From positions 7,029 through 71,028 of the IMG/VR virus record IMGVR_UViG_3300044825_002033: a stretch of 64,000 nucleotides of DNA, one strand, 5' to 3'. Positions 28,801 through 37,403 of the stretch are shown piece by piece; the first letter of the stretch is position 1; each line of letters opens with the position of its first letter. Both the position numbers and the translations under genes were made by a program. The notes under the pieces are model-generated. The model worked only from the letters and a program-made list of their open reading frames with translations. It ran no database searches and was not told the origin of the DNA. Origin of the DNA: a virus.

Positions 28801-31800
28801 GTAATTCCCGATAGTCCATGATCAAGTGATGTGTAAATGGTATGAGTAGTTCCACTAGATGATTGAATATTGGTAATTCCATATCCAACAACAAAAGATT
28901 CTAATGTCTCTTTAGTAATACTTTTTTGTAGGTCATTAACTACAACTTTTCCGATAATATCTGGAAGAGCGTGTGAAGTTGTTGAATCTGGATCAGAATT
29001 TGGATTATCATTATTTAATTGTGGATATAGATTTTCAACTGGTTGTGCAAATGCCAGGTTATTAAATGGTGCAACTGTTGGATTATTAGAATAATTAATT
29101 AGAGTTAAGTAATAAACACCATCCTGAACATTTGTGATGTATGGTTGAATTACTTGAGATCTATAAACTTGATAAGTTTTTTCATATTTCTTCCTTCTGA
29201 AGTATGGAAGACTTGATGTTCTACTAGAGGTATCGTTTGCAAAAGAACCAAGACTTAATGTTGTAGTATAAGTAAATTCTTTTGCGCTTAGAATAGATGT
29301 AACAGTATAAGTTCCGTTATATCCTGCAGGAGATACATTAACGATTTCTACTTCTTCACCAACTCTCAAATTATGAGGAATTTCTGCACGAATTGTGACA
29401 GTGCCAGAAGAGTAAGAAGCATCTGCAATAAACTTAGGATTTCTTAATAGAGTTGAATTTGAAATCGCGCCAGAAGAATTATAAAGTTGTGCAATTTCAG
29501 TGGTTCCAGTTCCTATAATGTTATTAGATTCCTGAAGAATAAATCCATCAGTTGGTGGTTTTGCTGTAGTAGAAGAATTTTTTGGAAGAACGTAACGAAC
29601 TCGATAAAGAGTATCAATTAAACTTCTAGAGTCAGGTTTACGTGTTACATAAGATCTTGTAGTTGCATTTCCAAGTCCAGAAACTCCAGAAGAATTGATT
29701 ACATCATAAATTTGATTGTTTGTAACATCTACATTTATATACCATTGATTATCAAATTGAACTGGATGTCCAATTTCTCCCGGATTTTTATCTGAAACTC
29801 TACTTACAATACTTAGAGTTCCTCCTTTATTGTTAAGAGTAATGGCAGTTGCTGTTGTTGAACCATTAATAGCATCACTTAAAGTTTTTGCAATTCTAAT
29901 TTCATCTGTTCCAATTCCTGATGCAGATTCTTTAGTAATTGCATAATAAATTTGATTTGATTCTAATCCATCAGGAAGATGTCCATCATCAGCAATGATG
30001 CGAATTGATTCTCCATTCGCAAATGAATGTACCTCTGTTAATTTAAGAGTATTTAAAGTAATACTATTAATTCCTGCTGTGCTTCTTTCAACAGTAAATA
30101 ATTTTTCTGATGAACTTTGTGTTGAATTGTAAGGTCCATACGGCATTACAATTCGTGAAGAATATGATGTAAGTGCTCCTCCAACAAAAGATTGAATATT
30201 TAATTCATCATTTTGCTTTGCGCCAATATGATAACCATCGATTAATACTTTTGGTGGTACATTTCGATTTGTTTCATTATAAAGATAAAGACGTGTAGTT
30301 GTACCAGCTCCTGCAGATTTTGATGTGGTAACTCCAACATCAATTGCACCGAATTCTACACTAATTTCAGTGCTTTCAATTTCTTTTGGTGGAATGATAT
30401 GAGTGATATATCCATAATCATCTGCAGTAAATGCTTCTCTCTTAAATCCAGTTGCTTCTAATGCTTTTGCTCCAAAATTGGAATTAGAATTATTAAGAGC
30501 AATATCTCCACCATTTTCTGTTGCAAAGTGTTGAGCGTATCCAATTGCAAAAACAGAAACTAATTGTAAGAATGAATCATTTGTTGCTTTAATATGGAAG
30601 TTTTCATATTCTGGTTTAAATCTGGATCTTGAATTTGTATTAAGACTACTTAGTTTTGTTGAATCTACATATTTTCCAGTACCACTGTCATATCTTACAA
30701 ATGCATTTTCATCTTTTTGCAATCCAATACCAGTGTATTGTGCCACGACCATTGATTTAAATCCAGTCGCCTTATCTCCATCAGCAAGAAGACCACACAT
30801 TCCATAAACAGAACGAACAGAAATATTAAAGATATATGGAGATGCCGAAGTAACAGTATCAACAGAAAGACTTAAGGTTGATCCAGTGACTCCTGGAAGT
30901 GGATTTGCTGGTGCATTCTGAGTCTTATATGTAATTTGAGTACTGCTTGGTACAGTGTTGATTACATATTGTCCATCATATCCTTCAGCACTTATTCCAC
31001 TAACTTGAATTGGACTATCAACACTCAATCCTTCAATTGTGTTTACAAGATCTACAGTAATCGTTGTTGTAGGAATAACTCCATCACCTGCACGAATACT
31101 TGTAATACCTACGGAAGCGCCTTTTGGTCCTACAATACGATACTCATCAATGAGTGGTTGAATATCTAGTGTTCCTGATCCATAATCTGGAGAAATTCCT
31201 CTACCCGAAGAATCTCCATAAACTGCTGCAATTTTTTCATAATACATATCCAAATCAGTTCTGGTTGTATCAACTTTAGATCCAACTGAATCGTTTAAAA
31301 AATCATCATTAATATAAACACCATTTACACCATCAGCATATTCAAATCCAGTAAGTTTATGGTGAGAAAAATTAGGAACAAATTGACTGGATGTATAATC
31401 TTTGTAGCAGTTTCCATTTGGGTCTGCATCCAAAATAGTAAACTGCCAAAAATAACAAGCGCCTGTTGTACGAAGAATAGCAGATCTTTCAATATTATCG
31501 TTTTCTGGATCTGGAACATAAAGTGGACGAATCTTAGTCTTACGAAGATCCATACCAACAATCGATGTTCCTCTTGGAACAATTACACCACCATGAATTG
31601 AATTAAGTTTATATAAAGGGTTATCTGGATTAGTTAGATCAAATCTTGTATCAATATCCCATTGTATAATGTCAGTTAGTCCAGTTAAACCACTTCTTGC
31701 GGAATAAGTTCCTGCACCTGTTGGAATATATCCGGGGCGGTTATCTACAATATGATCACCAGGATATAACAGAATTGTTGTTTTATTAAATCTATCGTTA

Positions 31801-31985
31801 TTTAATCCACGCTGATATGAAAATCTTGCTGCTTCAATCAGTGCTCTTTGAATAGTTTTAAACGGTCTTGTTAAACTATTTCCTGAGTTTTCAATACTGT
31901 CCGTCGAATCAAGACTATTTGGATCAACATAAAGAATTGTTCCTCTTGCCGACTTAAGAAAATTATCGAGGCGTGAAAGACCCAT
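25887..31985 (-). CDS. Large cyanophage tail fibre-like structural protein (2032 aa)
   Basis: Conserved cyanomyovirus N-terminus LSRLDNFLK..GTILYVDP...PFKTIQRALIEAARFSY; S/T/G-rich beta repeats. Confidence 0.85.
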   Translation of the reverse strand: MGLSRLDNFLKSARGTILYVDPNSLDSTDSIENSGNSLTRPFKTIQRALIEAARFSYQRGLNNDRFNKTTILLYPGDHIVDNRPGYIPTGAGTYSARSGLTGLTDIIQWDIDTRFDLTNPDNPLYKLNSIHGGVIVPRGTSIVGMDLRKTKIRPLYVPDPENDNIERSAILRTTGACYFWQFTILDADPNGNCYKDYTSSQFVPNFSHHKLTGFEYADGVNGVYINDDFLNDSVGSKVDTTRTDLDMYYEKIAAVYGDSSGRGISPDYGSGTLDIQPLIDEYRIVGPKGASVGITSIRAGDGVIPTTTITVDLVNTIEGLSVDSPIQVSGISAEGYDGQYVINTVPSSTQITYKTQNAPANPLPGVTGSTLSLSVDTVTSASPYIFNISVRSVYGMCGLLADGDKATGFKSMVVAQYTGIGLQKDENAFVRYDSGTGKYVDSTKLSSLNTNSRSRFKPEYENFHIKATNDSFLQLVSVFAIGYAQHFATENGGDIALNNSNSNFGAKALEATGFKREAFTADDYGYITHIIPPKEIESTEISVEFGAIDVGVTTSKSAGAGTTTRLYLYNETNRNVPPKVLIDGYHIGAKQNDELNIQSFVGGALTSYSSRIVMPYGPYNSTQSSSEKLFTVERSTAGINSITLNTLKLTEVHSFANGESIRIIADDGHLPDGLESNQIYYAITKESASGIGTDEIRIAKTLSDAINGSTTATAITLNNKGGTLSIVSRVSDKNPGEIGHPVQFDNQWYINVDVTNNQIYDVINSSGVSGLGNATTRSYVTRKPDSRSLIDTLYRVRYVLPKNSSTTAKPPTDGFILQESNNIIGTGTTEIAQLYNSSGAISNSTLLRNPKFIADASYSSGTVTIRAEIPHNLRVGEEVEIVNVSPAGYNGTYTVTSILSAKEFTYTTTLSLGSFANDTSSRTSSLPYFRRKKYEKTYQVYRSQVIQPYITNVQDGVYYLTLINYSNNPTVAPFNNLAFAQPVENLYPQLNNDNPNSDPDSTTSHALPDIIGKVVVNDLQKSITKETLESFVVGYGITNIQSSSGTTHTIYTSLDHGLSGITTVSIISGGSNYGSSAPFTGNLYNARLVGFAGSTTGSNATARIAVTAGAITGVQIIDGGSAYGIGNTLTVVGVATTAGHVIGVVKVESISNNIGDTLSISGVSSALNSGYNTIYRVSEITTGRPKEINVISGDTISNFSAVGLGSIVTSSSGYLFTDKAVGVSTFVYNSVTGLATVGFTTSHGFRVDNKIVIRGANQSAFNGDFIVKKLYSSVGNSLVDINIGIGATTSTLATGTLHAYRPTLTSYGGDLDRDTENTSGRLDYQYAGITTTLGTSILATDPDSTTLNVPNAVALGLNLGDYLLIDNEIFRIKQAVTSNSLQIFRSILGSPRETHIAGSLVRRIKVTPVELRRNSIIRASGHTFEYLGFGPGNYSTSLPDKQDRSLSKSEIFLAQSTKTNGGLIVYTGMNSDGDFFTGNKKINSATGKEETYDTPVPTNTGEKNSSEIVDITDTQKVFVGNSIKVEGGRDKNIVSEFNGPVVFNNKVTTNADVEANSIYLQGEEDISRRLSVSDAKPTIVGNYGDVEFNSTPRTNGNAGWIYTTNNEWKAFGWINDSLYGVGISTNNGPVGFSTLLNLVGVGLTISKDYDSATGITTVYFEGDPYNTIGISSEGSFIGDANALNFVGSKDGFGFDITVDFNSAVGLATVRLDAPVDIIDFKISGDGNLGYAAPSFGTTSIGTRIIYENAIGLSTDAHTNYAVGVGANDSLWWSVPQNNSYGFSWYAGETEIANLLSNGVFTVLGETSLITAKRFNSTIVTGTAPISVASSTVVSNLNVNYLEGFVSAATTTPDTIVRRNSSNNINGNVSHLIHNVSGAQRGEWYADIPARQGYSSFNRAGDISSGICTFTQVSDIYNNQSTVGTALTCDFTTGPITRTTSTDTTVININNVPTTDNRALNYTVVLNAATTVSNLTNIQFQINGTALNTGGNSIRWLNNLPPTGTAAGYYFFGFSIFRIGSVWEVLGTFATYA

Positions 31986-32015
31986 CTTATTAATACTTAT
32001 AGTTCCGTTATGGAT

Positions 32016-32022
32016 TATTTAT
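32016..32022 (-). promoter_or_regulatory. T4-type late promoter (ATAAATA)
   Basis: tatttat on + strand ~30 nt upstream of 31985. Confidence 0.6.
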
Positions 32023-32097
32023 CATAAGAAAAAAGCACCCAATTACTTGGATGCTTGTCTGCACATTAAGTGCGCTCTTCCTTCACACCATATTATT

Positions 32098-32718
32098 TTA
32101 CCACTTCTGCTCTTCCCACGTCAACTTTTTTTTCAATTCTTTATCAAACATCATCAAGTACCTATGTTTTCTGCTTCTTTCTCTCCACTCACCTTCCACA
32201 CCTTTAGTCGGTCCTCTTGAGTGTTTTATAAATGAACCATCGGATTGTTTGATCCAGAAGTCTGATTTCCTATCAGTCAGACCGTAATACTTGAAATTTG
32301 TTGCACGATATATGATTCCAGTGTGGTGAGAAAAGTCAGCATAACTAAGAATAGCACGAACGCGGGCATCTTTTCTAAATCTCCTTATACAACGACTGAC
32401 GAACCAAGATGTGATATTATATTCTTCTTTTTGAATATCTGGATGTATACAAAGTCTTGAGAGTTCGTATATACCTTCTTGTTGATTTCTTTCTAGACCA
32501 AAAGCACCTACTGCTATTTCCGGGACTGGTAACCCAGTAAAGATACAAGTGCCCAAGCACCCACCAATCCTAAGAATATCAGAAACTGAGGATCTGAAAA
32601 GCCCATAATTGAAACCAGATTTAAAATCTTTTGATTCGTCTTTAAGATAATGATAGGTATAAAGAAGTTCTTTGATTTCTTCTTTACCTACTCTATCTAT
32701 AAAGTAATCTTGTTTCAT
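32098..32718 (-). CDS. Mom-like (GNAT-fold) putative adenine-modification protein
   Basis: HYL near N-terminus, YELSRLC, SWFVSRC, ILSYAD..HTGIIYRATNFKYYG. Confidence 0.65.
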   Translation of the reverse strand: MKQDYFIDRVGKEEIKELLYTYHYLKDESKDFKSGFNYGLFRSSVSDILRIGGCLGTCIFTGLPVPEIAVGAFGLERNQQEGIYELSRLCIHPDIQKEEYNITSWFVSRCIRRFRKDARVRAILSYADFSHHTGIIYRATNFKYYGLTDRKSDFWIKQSDGSFIKHSRGPTKGVEGEWRERSRKHRYLMMFDKELKKKLTWEEQKW

Positions 32719-32727
32719 TAAGTATTT

Positions 32728-32901
32728 TTACTCACTTTGTTTGCATTTTAACATATATTCTACAGTGTTTGCAACATCATTCATCGCATCACGAAGGAAT
32801 GGTTGTTGTCCAGATTCTTGTTTGAGGATTGGTCGTGAATCATCAGTGAGAGTCCATCTCCACTGACTCATATCTTTACAATACCAGAGATTAATTTTCA
32901 T
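32728..32901 (-). CDS. Small hypothetical protein (MKINLWYCKDMSQWRWTL...)
   Basis: Start at 32901 preferred over the track start at 33012 because a separate ORF occupies 32891..33049. Confidence 0.6.
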   Translation of the reverse strand: MKINLWYCKDMSQWRWTLTDDSRPILKQESGQQPFLRDAMNDVANTVEYMLKCKQSE

Positions 32902-33049
32902 GCTTGAAATGTTCCAGTTCGACCCAGTTAAGGAGGGTTTGAAATGCCGTGATGGAAGCATCCGTGCAATTATCATCCTTAAGTTTTTGAACATAATATT
33001 CAAGTGCTTCAATGACCATTTGGCGGTCTTGTTGTGAAATAAGTGACAT
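32891..33049 (-). CDS. Small hypothetical protein, 52 aa (MSLISQQDRQMVIEALEYY...)
   Basis: Manually translated ATG..TAA ORF just downstream of tRNA-Thr. Confidence 0.6.
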   Translation of the reverse strand: MSLISQQDRQMVIEALEYYVQKLKDDNCTDASITAFQTLLNWVELEHFKHEN

Positions 33050-33067
33050 TTGGAGTTATAAACTCAG

Positions 33068-33139
33068 AGCCCCCGACCGGAATTGAACCAGCGACAAACG
33101 GTTTACAAAACCGTTGCTCTACCACTGAGCTACAAGGGC
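33068..33139 (-). tRNA. tRNA-Thr(UGU)
   Basis: GCCCTTG/CGGGGGC acceptor, TAGCTCAGTGGTAGAGC D-arm, ACGGT-TTTGTAA-ACCGT anticodon arm, GGTTCAATTCC T-arm; no encoded CCA. Confidence 0.9.
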
Positions 33140-33141
33140 AT

Positions 33142-33411
33142 TTAATCAACAGGCAACATTTCTGGATTTTCTAAATCTAACTCATAAAGCAAAGGATGGC
33201 ATTCTTCAAGCATTAGATAATATGATGCTTGATATAAATCCTCTGGTTCATATCTTCTTTCGTTATCTGCTAATTTGATTAACTCTAAGTCGAATAAAGA
33301 TTCGTCATCGAGTTCATCAAAAGTGAATGGGATTGAATTTATAAAGTACATTAAAACAATTTGTTTTCCGCGATTGTACCAGACATATGCGGCATCAATT
33401 CTGTACTTCAT
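33142..33411 (-). CDS. Hypothetical protein (acidic, 89 aa)
   Basis: ORF filling the gap between the two tRNAs. Confidence 0.65.
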   Translation of the reverse strand: MKYRIDAAYVWYNRGKQIVLMYFINSIPFTFDELDDESLFDLELIKLADNERRYEPEDLYQASYYLMLEECHPLLYELDLENPEMLPVD

Positions 33412-33455
33412 AGGAGTTTTCCTACTACTTTTGATTATTTAGAGGATAAACCTCA

Positions 33456-33529
33456 TAGGCGTGGTGGGATTCGAACCCACACTTTATTGATTTTAAGTCA
33501 ATTTTCTCTGCCGGTTGGAATACACGCCC
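33456..33529 (-). tRNA. tRNA-Leu(UAA) with short variable loop
   Basis: GGGCGTG/CACGCCT-A acceptor, ATTGA-CTTAAAA-TCAAT anticodon arm, GTGGG-TTCGAAT-CCCAC T-arm, 5-nt variable region. Confidence 0.85.
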
Positions 33530-33537
33530 ATAAAAAC

Positions 33538-33717
33538 TCAGAAGAAACTGAGTTGACTACCTGATTCTACCACATAAGTCGGAGGATGTAAACGACAGTA
33601 TTCATTAAATGTAATCTTCATTTCTTTGTTGGTAAGATTACAGTTCTTTGCTGCCGTTGGTACATTCCATTTTGCCGCGAACAGCATTTCCATTGATTCT
33701 CGTGTTTCTGGACGCAT
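33538..33717 (-). CDS. Small hypothetical protein, 59 aa (MRPETRESMEMLFAAKWNVPTAAKNCNLT...), possible HTH-like
   Basis: Manually translated ATG..TGA ORF below the track threshold. Confidence 0.6.
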   Translation of the reverse strand: MRPETRESMEMLFAAKWNVPTAAKNCNLTNKEMKITFNEYCRLHPPTYVVESGSQLSFF

Positions 33718-33776
33718 TTTAAAAAAAGTATCGTGTGAGAATTTTTACCGGGAATTTTTTCGACCAAAAATGGAAC

Positions 33777-33959
33777 TTAAAGTGGATTTGCGTATGAGAG
33801 AGTCTCTTCATCCACTGTAGCACGAACAAAGTCTAGCACGTTCATAAACTCATCCACGGTATCACAGGTCACTTGCTTCTCTGACCCTTCACTGGAGTAC
33901 AGATACACTGTACGTTTGATAGGGTCCACCACGCAGCGTGAGAGGTACTCGTCTTGCAT
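33777..33959 (-). CDS. Small hypothetical protein (60 aa)
   Basis: ORF directly downstream of a near-consensus sigma70 promoter. Confidence 0.65.
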   Translation of the reverse strand: MQDEYLSRCVVDPIKRTVYLYSSEGSEKQVTCDTVDEFMNVLDFVRATVDEETLSYANPL

Positions 33960-33984
33960 TCGGTCGTCCGTTGATTACCTAAGT

Positions 33985-34013
33985 ATCATAGCACCCTCAG
34001 GTACCCGTGTCAA
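33985..34013 (-). promoter_or_regulatory. sigma70-type early promoter TTGACA-17-TATGAT
   Basis: Near-consensus -35/-10 with 17-nt spacer heading the small-ORF/tRNA cluster. Confidence 0.8.
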
Positions 34014-34579
34014 GTAAATGGCGTGAGAGGGAGCACTGCGGTCCCAACACCAGCGACTGTAAACAAAATCTTATTATCTGGTTGAACTTCCATTGTGATT
34101 CCATTCACTGGGCCTTGAAGCTCTGCATTTATTTTTATTTCATCTCCTTGCTTCTCTTCAGTAAATACAAGTTCACCTGTAGTTTTAATGCCAACGATCA
34201 ACGTCGTTTGCTTCATAGTATTTGTTAAGTCATCAAATTCAGTTCTAACTGATGTCTTAACAATGACTGGTTCCATTGGAGACAATCTATGAGTGGAAGC
34301 AGCTCCTGCAAAACTTGGAATATTTTCTGGAGGCAATCCTAGTAAAATGGGTGGTTCTACATAAGGCGACTTTTTGCCCGGAGGAATCAGTGCATTACTT
34401 ACTGATGGTTTGTCTGTCGGTGTAAATTCAAATGGTTTTGGTACGACAACTCCCTGAGAGTTAATCGTTGTCCCATTACCAACAGGATTTATGATACTTA
34501 TAATTGCAGCATCTATATCTGGTGTTAGATTCCCATCATAATCAAATGCTGGTGCGTATATATTTGGTGGTGTTGTCAT
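34010..34579 (-). CDS. Hypothetical Pro/Thr-rich protein at the end of the gp5-like cluster
   Basis: 189-aa ORF, 1 nt from the upstream gene. Confidence 0.6.
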   Translation of the reverse strand: MTTPPNIYAPAFDYDGNLTPDIDAAIISIINPVGNGTTINSQGVVVPKPFEFTPTDKPSVSNALIPPGKKSPYVEPPILLGLPPENIPSFAGAASTHRLSPMEPVIVKTSVRTEFDDLTNTMKQTTLIVGIKTTGELVFTEEKQGDEIKINAELQGPVNGITMEVQPDNKILFTVAGVGTAVLPLTPFT

Positions 34580-34580
34580 A

Positions 34581-35585
34581 CTATTCTCCTTTTACATCAT
34601 AGTGATATCCAGCAATGGATCTCTGAGAATTATCTCCAGGATAATTTTCAATAGTCCCCTGATATTCTGGAATAAGTTTTTCGGTATCTTTTCTTTCTGC
34701 CATAATATAATAGAAACAATCAATAGGCATTCCACCTTTTGATTGAAGATAGACTTTTTCGTCATCCCACCGTTTTATAATCACATCTTGATGTGAACCG
34801 ATTGGAGTTAGGTTGACTGTAATTGTTTGAATATCTACCAGACCTTTCCAATAATCTGGAAGAACAATTTCATTTCGGTTTTTTACTCTTCCTCTTATGT
34901 AGACGGATGCTTCTGGACCTTCTACGCAGGTATGAGTGAGTCTCCAACCTTCTTTTGTTGGGTGGGGGATATCAAAGTTTTTCTTTGCCGATAAGACGTG
35001 TGCTCCACATCCAGACTTAACTTCTCCAGAAGCTTTTAAATCGCCCTTAAGAGTTATATCATCATCTGTTTTTACTTTACCTTTAATAATTACATCATCA
35101 TAAAAGTCTGCTTTATCAACAACCGAAAGTTTTTCTTTGATTCTTACATTCTCATAAAAATCAACGTCACCAATAAAAATTGCTGCTGCAGGTCCTTTTC
35201 TTGGTCCTTCACATCTAGGAGCACAAGACTTAGGAACATCTACAATTGCTGGACCTTTTCTTACGACAAGTGAGTATGGATTAAGTAGATCCTTACCCTT
35301 TTCCATTCCAATACCAATCACTCCACACGGATTAATTTCCCACCTATCAATAAATTGAAGATTTCCGCAGACAATTGGAAATGGTGCATCTGTATTTTTT
35401 AAAGGTCCTATCATTACAGTACCTTCAGTTGCTTCGAAAGTAGTGTCATTTCCAAATACTGCAGGACACTGAGAATATTGAGCACCTCTAATCGTGCAAG
35501 GACCTCTACCTAAGAGTTCTGGTTTTGCTTCGTCTTTTGTTATGTGCGATTGGTTATGACATAATACCTTATCAAAACTTGCCAT
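34581..35585 (-). CDS. Tail/baseplate-associated protein (beta-helix-like repeats plus conserved C-terminal domain)
   Basis: IFIGDVDF/IIKGKVK/TLKGDLK repeats; KNFDIPHP...LTHTCVEGPEASVYIRG...LPDYWKGLVD domain. Confidence 0.65.
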   Translation of the reverse strand: MASFDKVLCHNQSHITKDEAKPELLGRGPCTIRGAQYSQCPAVFGNDTTFEATEGTVMIGPLKNTDAPFPIVCGNLQFIDRWEINPCGVIGIGMEKGKDLLNPYSLVVRKGPAIVDVPKSCAPRCEGPRKGPAAAIFIGDVDFYENVRIKEKLSVVDKADFYDDVIIKGKVKTDDDITLKGDLKASGEVKSGCGAHVLSAKKNFDIPHPTKEGWRLTHTCVEGPEASVYIRGRVKNRNEIVLPDYWKGLVDIQTITVNLTPIGSHQDVIIKRWDDEKVYLQSKGGMPIDCFYYIMAERKDTEKLIPEYQGTIENYPGDNSQRSIAGYHYDVKGE

Positions 35586-35594
35586 TTTTAAATA

Positions 35595-36173
35595 TTAAAA
35601 GTTAAGGGGGAACGCTCTATTTAGAATACTATCAGAAAGTGACAATGATGGTGGCTTGAGATTTGACGCTGCAGTTAAACTTTGCATATCACCCGTGTAC
35701 ATTTTTAAAATATTCATCGCAGTCATTTGCATTGATCCATCAGTGAAAATGGACATTTTTTCATTACCATTAATATTTACAGTTTTTCCCTCGATATTTA
35801 CTCCTTCTTTGCCGTTAATATTGACAAATCCATTAGATGGTCCAGATCCATATGCCGTAATATCAATATTTTCTGCCTCCATACGAATTCTGCCACGAGT
35901 GGAAATAACAATATCACCGCTTTCTGCGTCTAACCAAAATGCAGGTTGTCCTTTTGGAATATTGTCACCACATTTGACTTGATATCTTCCACGGCATCTT
36001 GAGGTTATCCATCCTTTTCTTGGTCCAGTTTGATCAATAGTAATATATTCAAGACCACCTTGACCCTGGATCATTGCTGATGAAATAACTTGGTCTTTGT
36101 GAATATGACCAAATCTTAAATTTCCATCTTTGGTATTAATATCTTTTGTTTCGTAATTTTTAGATTTTGTCAT
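35595..36173 (-). CDS. gp5 C-terminal-like beta-helix baseplate spike component
   Basis: AESGDIVI..GRIRMEAENIDI...VNIEGKTVNING repeats; position after the gp5-like gene. Confidence 0.55.
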   Translation of the reverse strand: MTKSKNYETKDINTKDGNLRFGHIHKDQVISSAMIQGQGGLEYITIDQTGPRKGWITSRCRGRYQVKCGDNIPKGQPAFWLDAESGDIVISTRGRIRMEAENIDITAYGSGPSNGFVNINGKEGVNIEGKTVNINGNEKMSIFTDGSMQMTAMNILKMYTGDMQSLTAASNLKPPSLSLSDSILNRAFPLNF

Positions 36174-36174
36174 T

Positions 36175-37401
36175 TTATCTTGGTATTATATCGAAAATTT
36201 GTCTTGGTGCAATTTTTCCTACACAATCAACAACGGAAATCAATGAAGTTCCTGGTGGAATTTCAAAAAGATCTTCCTCATTTAATATTCTAGTTACATT
36301 GAGAATTGGTTTAATCACCGCATTAAATCCGGTCGCAGAATCAACTACTATTTCAGGCAAATCATCAAAACCACATCCTTTAGACACTACTTCTACTTTA
36401 GTAATTTCACCTCTCGCATTTATTGTGGGTTTTAAAACAACTCCGTTATCTGGTGTTATTCTGATTTTATCTTCCGGCTTATAATTAAATCCAGGATCAG
36501 AAATTACCACACTATCAAAACAAATTAAGACCTTATATGTAGGTGTGGAACCAGGAGAAGCTGCAGAAGGAACTACTGGAGAAACTGCAGAAGGAACTAC
36601 TGGAGAAACTGCAGAAGGAACTACTGGAGAAACTGCAGAAGGAACTACTGGAGGAATCGCAGGAGGAACTACTAGAGGAATCGCTGGAGGAACTGTTGGA
36701 GAAACTATACCATCATCTGATACTTCTATTGGTGATCTATAAGGGGGATTCCAAGTATCTCCTGGTTTTAGAGTTGAAGGTTGTCTGTCGTCAGGAACAG
36801 TATAATAAGTACCTTCTTTTGTTTTTACAAAACCTTCATCTGCTTCTTTCCAAGTTCTTCCATTTCCACCTAAACTTCCATCAAAAGTATTTAAATATCC
36901 ATCACCAGGAGCATCGACATAAACATTTTTAACTTTATCACCGTCCATAATGACTTCTAAAGCACTTCCACTACCTTTTCCACACTCATCATCTAACACA
37001 GCAAATGGAGAAGATTTGTAGTTTTTTCCAGGATTTACAATATCAAATGCTATAACTCCAGATGAAACAGGACTAATAACAGCATTTGCCATAGCACCGA
37101 CACCCTCTCCACCAAAAAACTGAACTTTTGGAGGTCCACAAGGTTGTGGTTCGGTAGGACAACTAATGTTTGAAAATGCAGTATCACTAATTAAATCTTT
37201 TTCAGGTTTAAGTGCTAAGACTTGATCGATAGTAAGTTCTCGTTGGAGTCCATTTTTATCTTGAAAATAAAATAATTTTCCTGGACTAGCTGCATCAATG
37301 GTCTTTGCTTGCTTTTTAGTTACATTATCAACACGAACTCCATCATTATCATAGAATGAAACTCTTATTGCTCTATCGGGAACTTTAGATGTATTAGCCA
37401 T
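36175..37401 (-). CDS. Baseplate/tail-associated structural protein with Pro-rich repeat insert
   Basis: IVNPGKNY/DAPGDGY/ISDPGFNY structural repeats; PSAVSPVV tandem insert. Confidence 0.65.
   Translation of the reverse strand: MANTSKVPDRAIRVSFYDNDGVRVDNVTKKQAKTIDAASPGKLFYFQDKNGLQRELTIDQVLALKPEKDLISDTAFSNISCPTEPQPCGPPKVQFFGGEGVGAMANAVISPVSSGVIAFDIVNPGKNYKSSPFAVLDDECGKGSGSALEVIMDGDKVKNVYVDAPGDGYLNTFDGSLGGNGRTWKEADEGFVKTKEGTYYTVPDDRQPSTLKPGDTWNPPYRSPIEVSDDGIVSPTVPPAIPLVVPPAIPPVVPSAVSPVVPSAVSPVVPSAVSPVVPSAASPGSTPTYKVLICFDSVVISDPGFNYKPEDKIRITPDNGVVLKPTINARGEITKVEVVSKGCGFDDLPEIVVDSATGFNAVIKPILNVTRILNEEDLFEIPPGTSLISVVDCVGKIAPRQIFDIIPR
36554..36697. repeat. 24-nt tandem repeat, 6 copies (3 identical, 3 degenerate)
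   Basis: ggagaaactgcagaaggaactact units encoding VVPSAVSP on the minus strand. Confidence 0.9.
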
Positions 37402-37403
37402 AT

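Noticed and set aside
32902-33012. N-terminal part of track ORF 32728..33012
   Set aside because: Region better explained by the separate ATG ORF 32891..33049 in another frame
36543-36932. Plus-strand ORF with ELLEKLQK repeats resembling a coiled coil
   Set aside because: Antisense reading of the 24-nt tandem repeat inside 36175..37401
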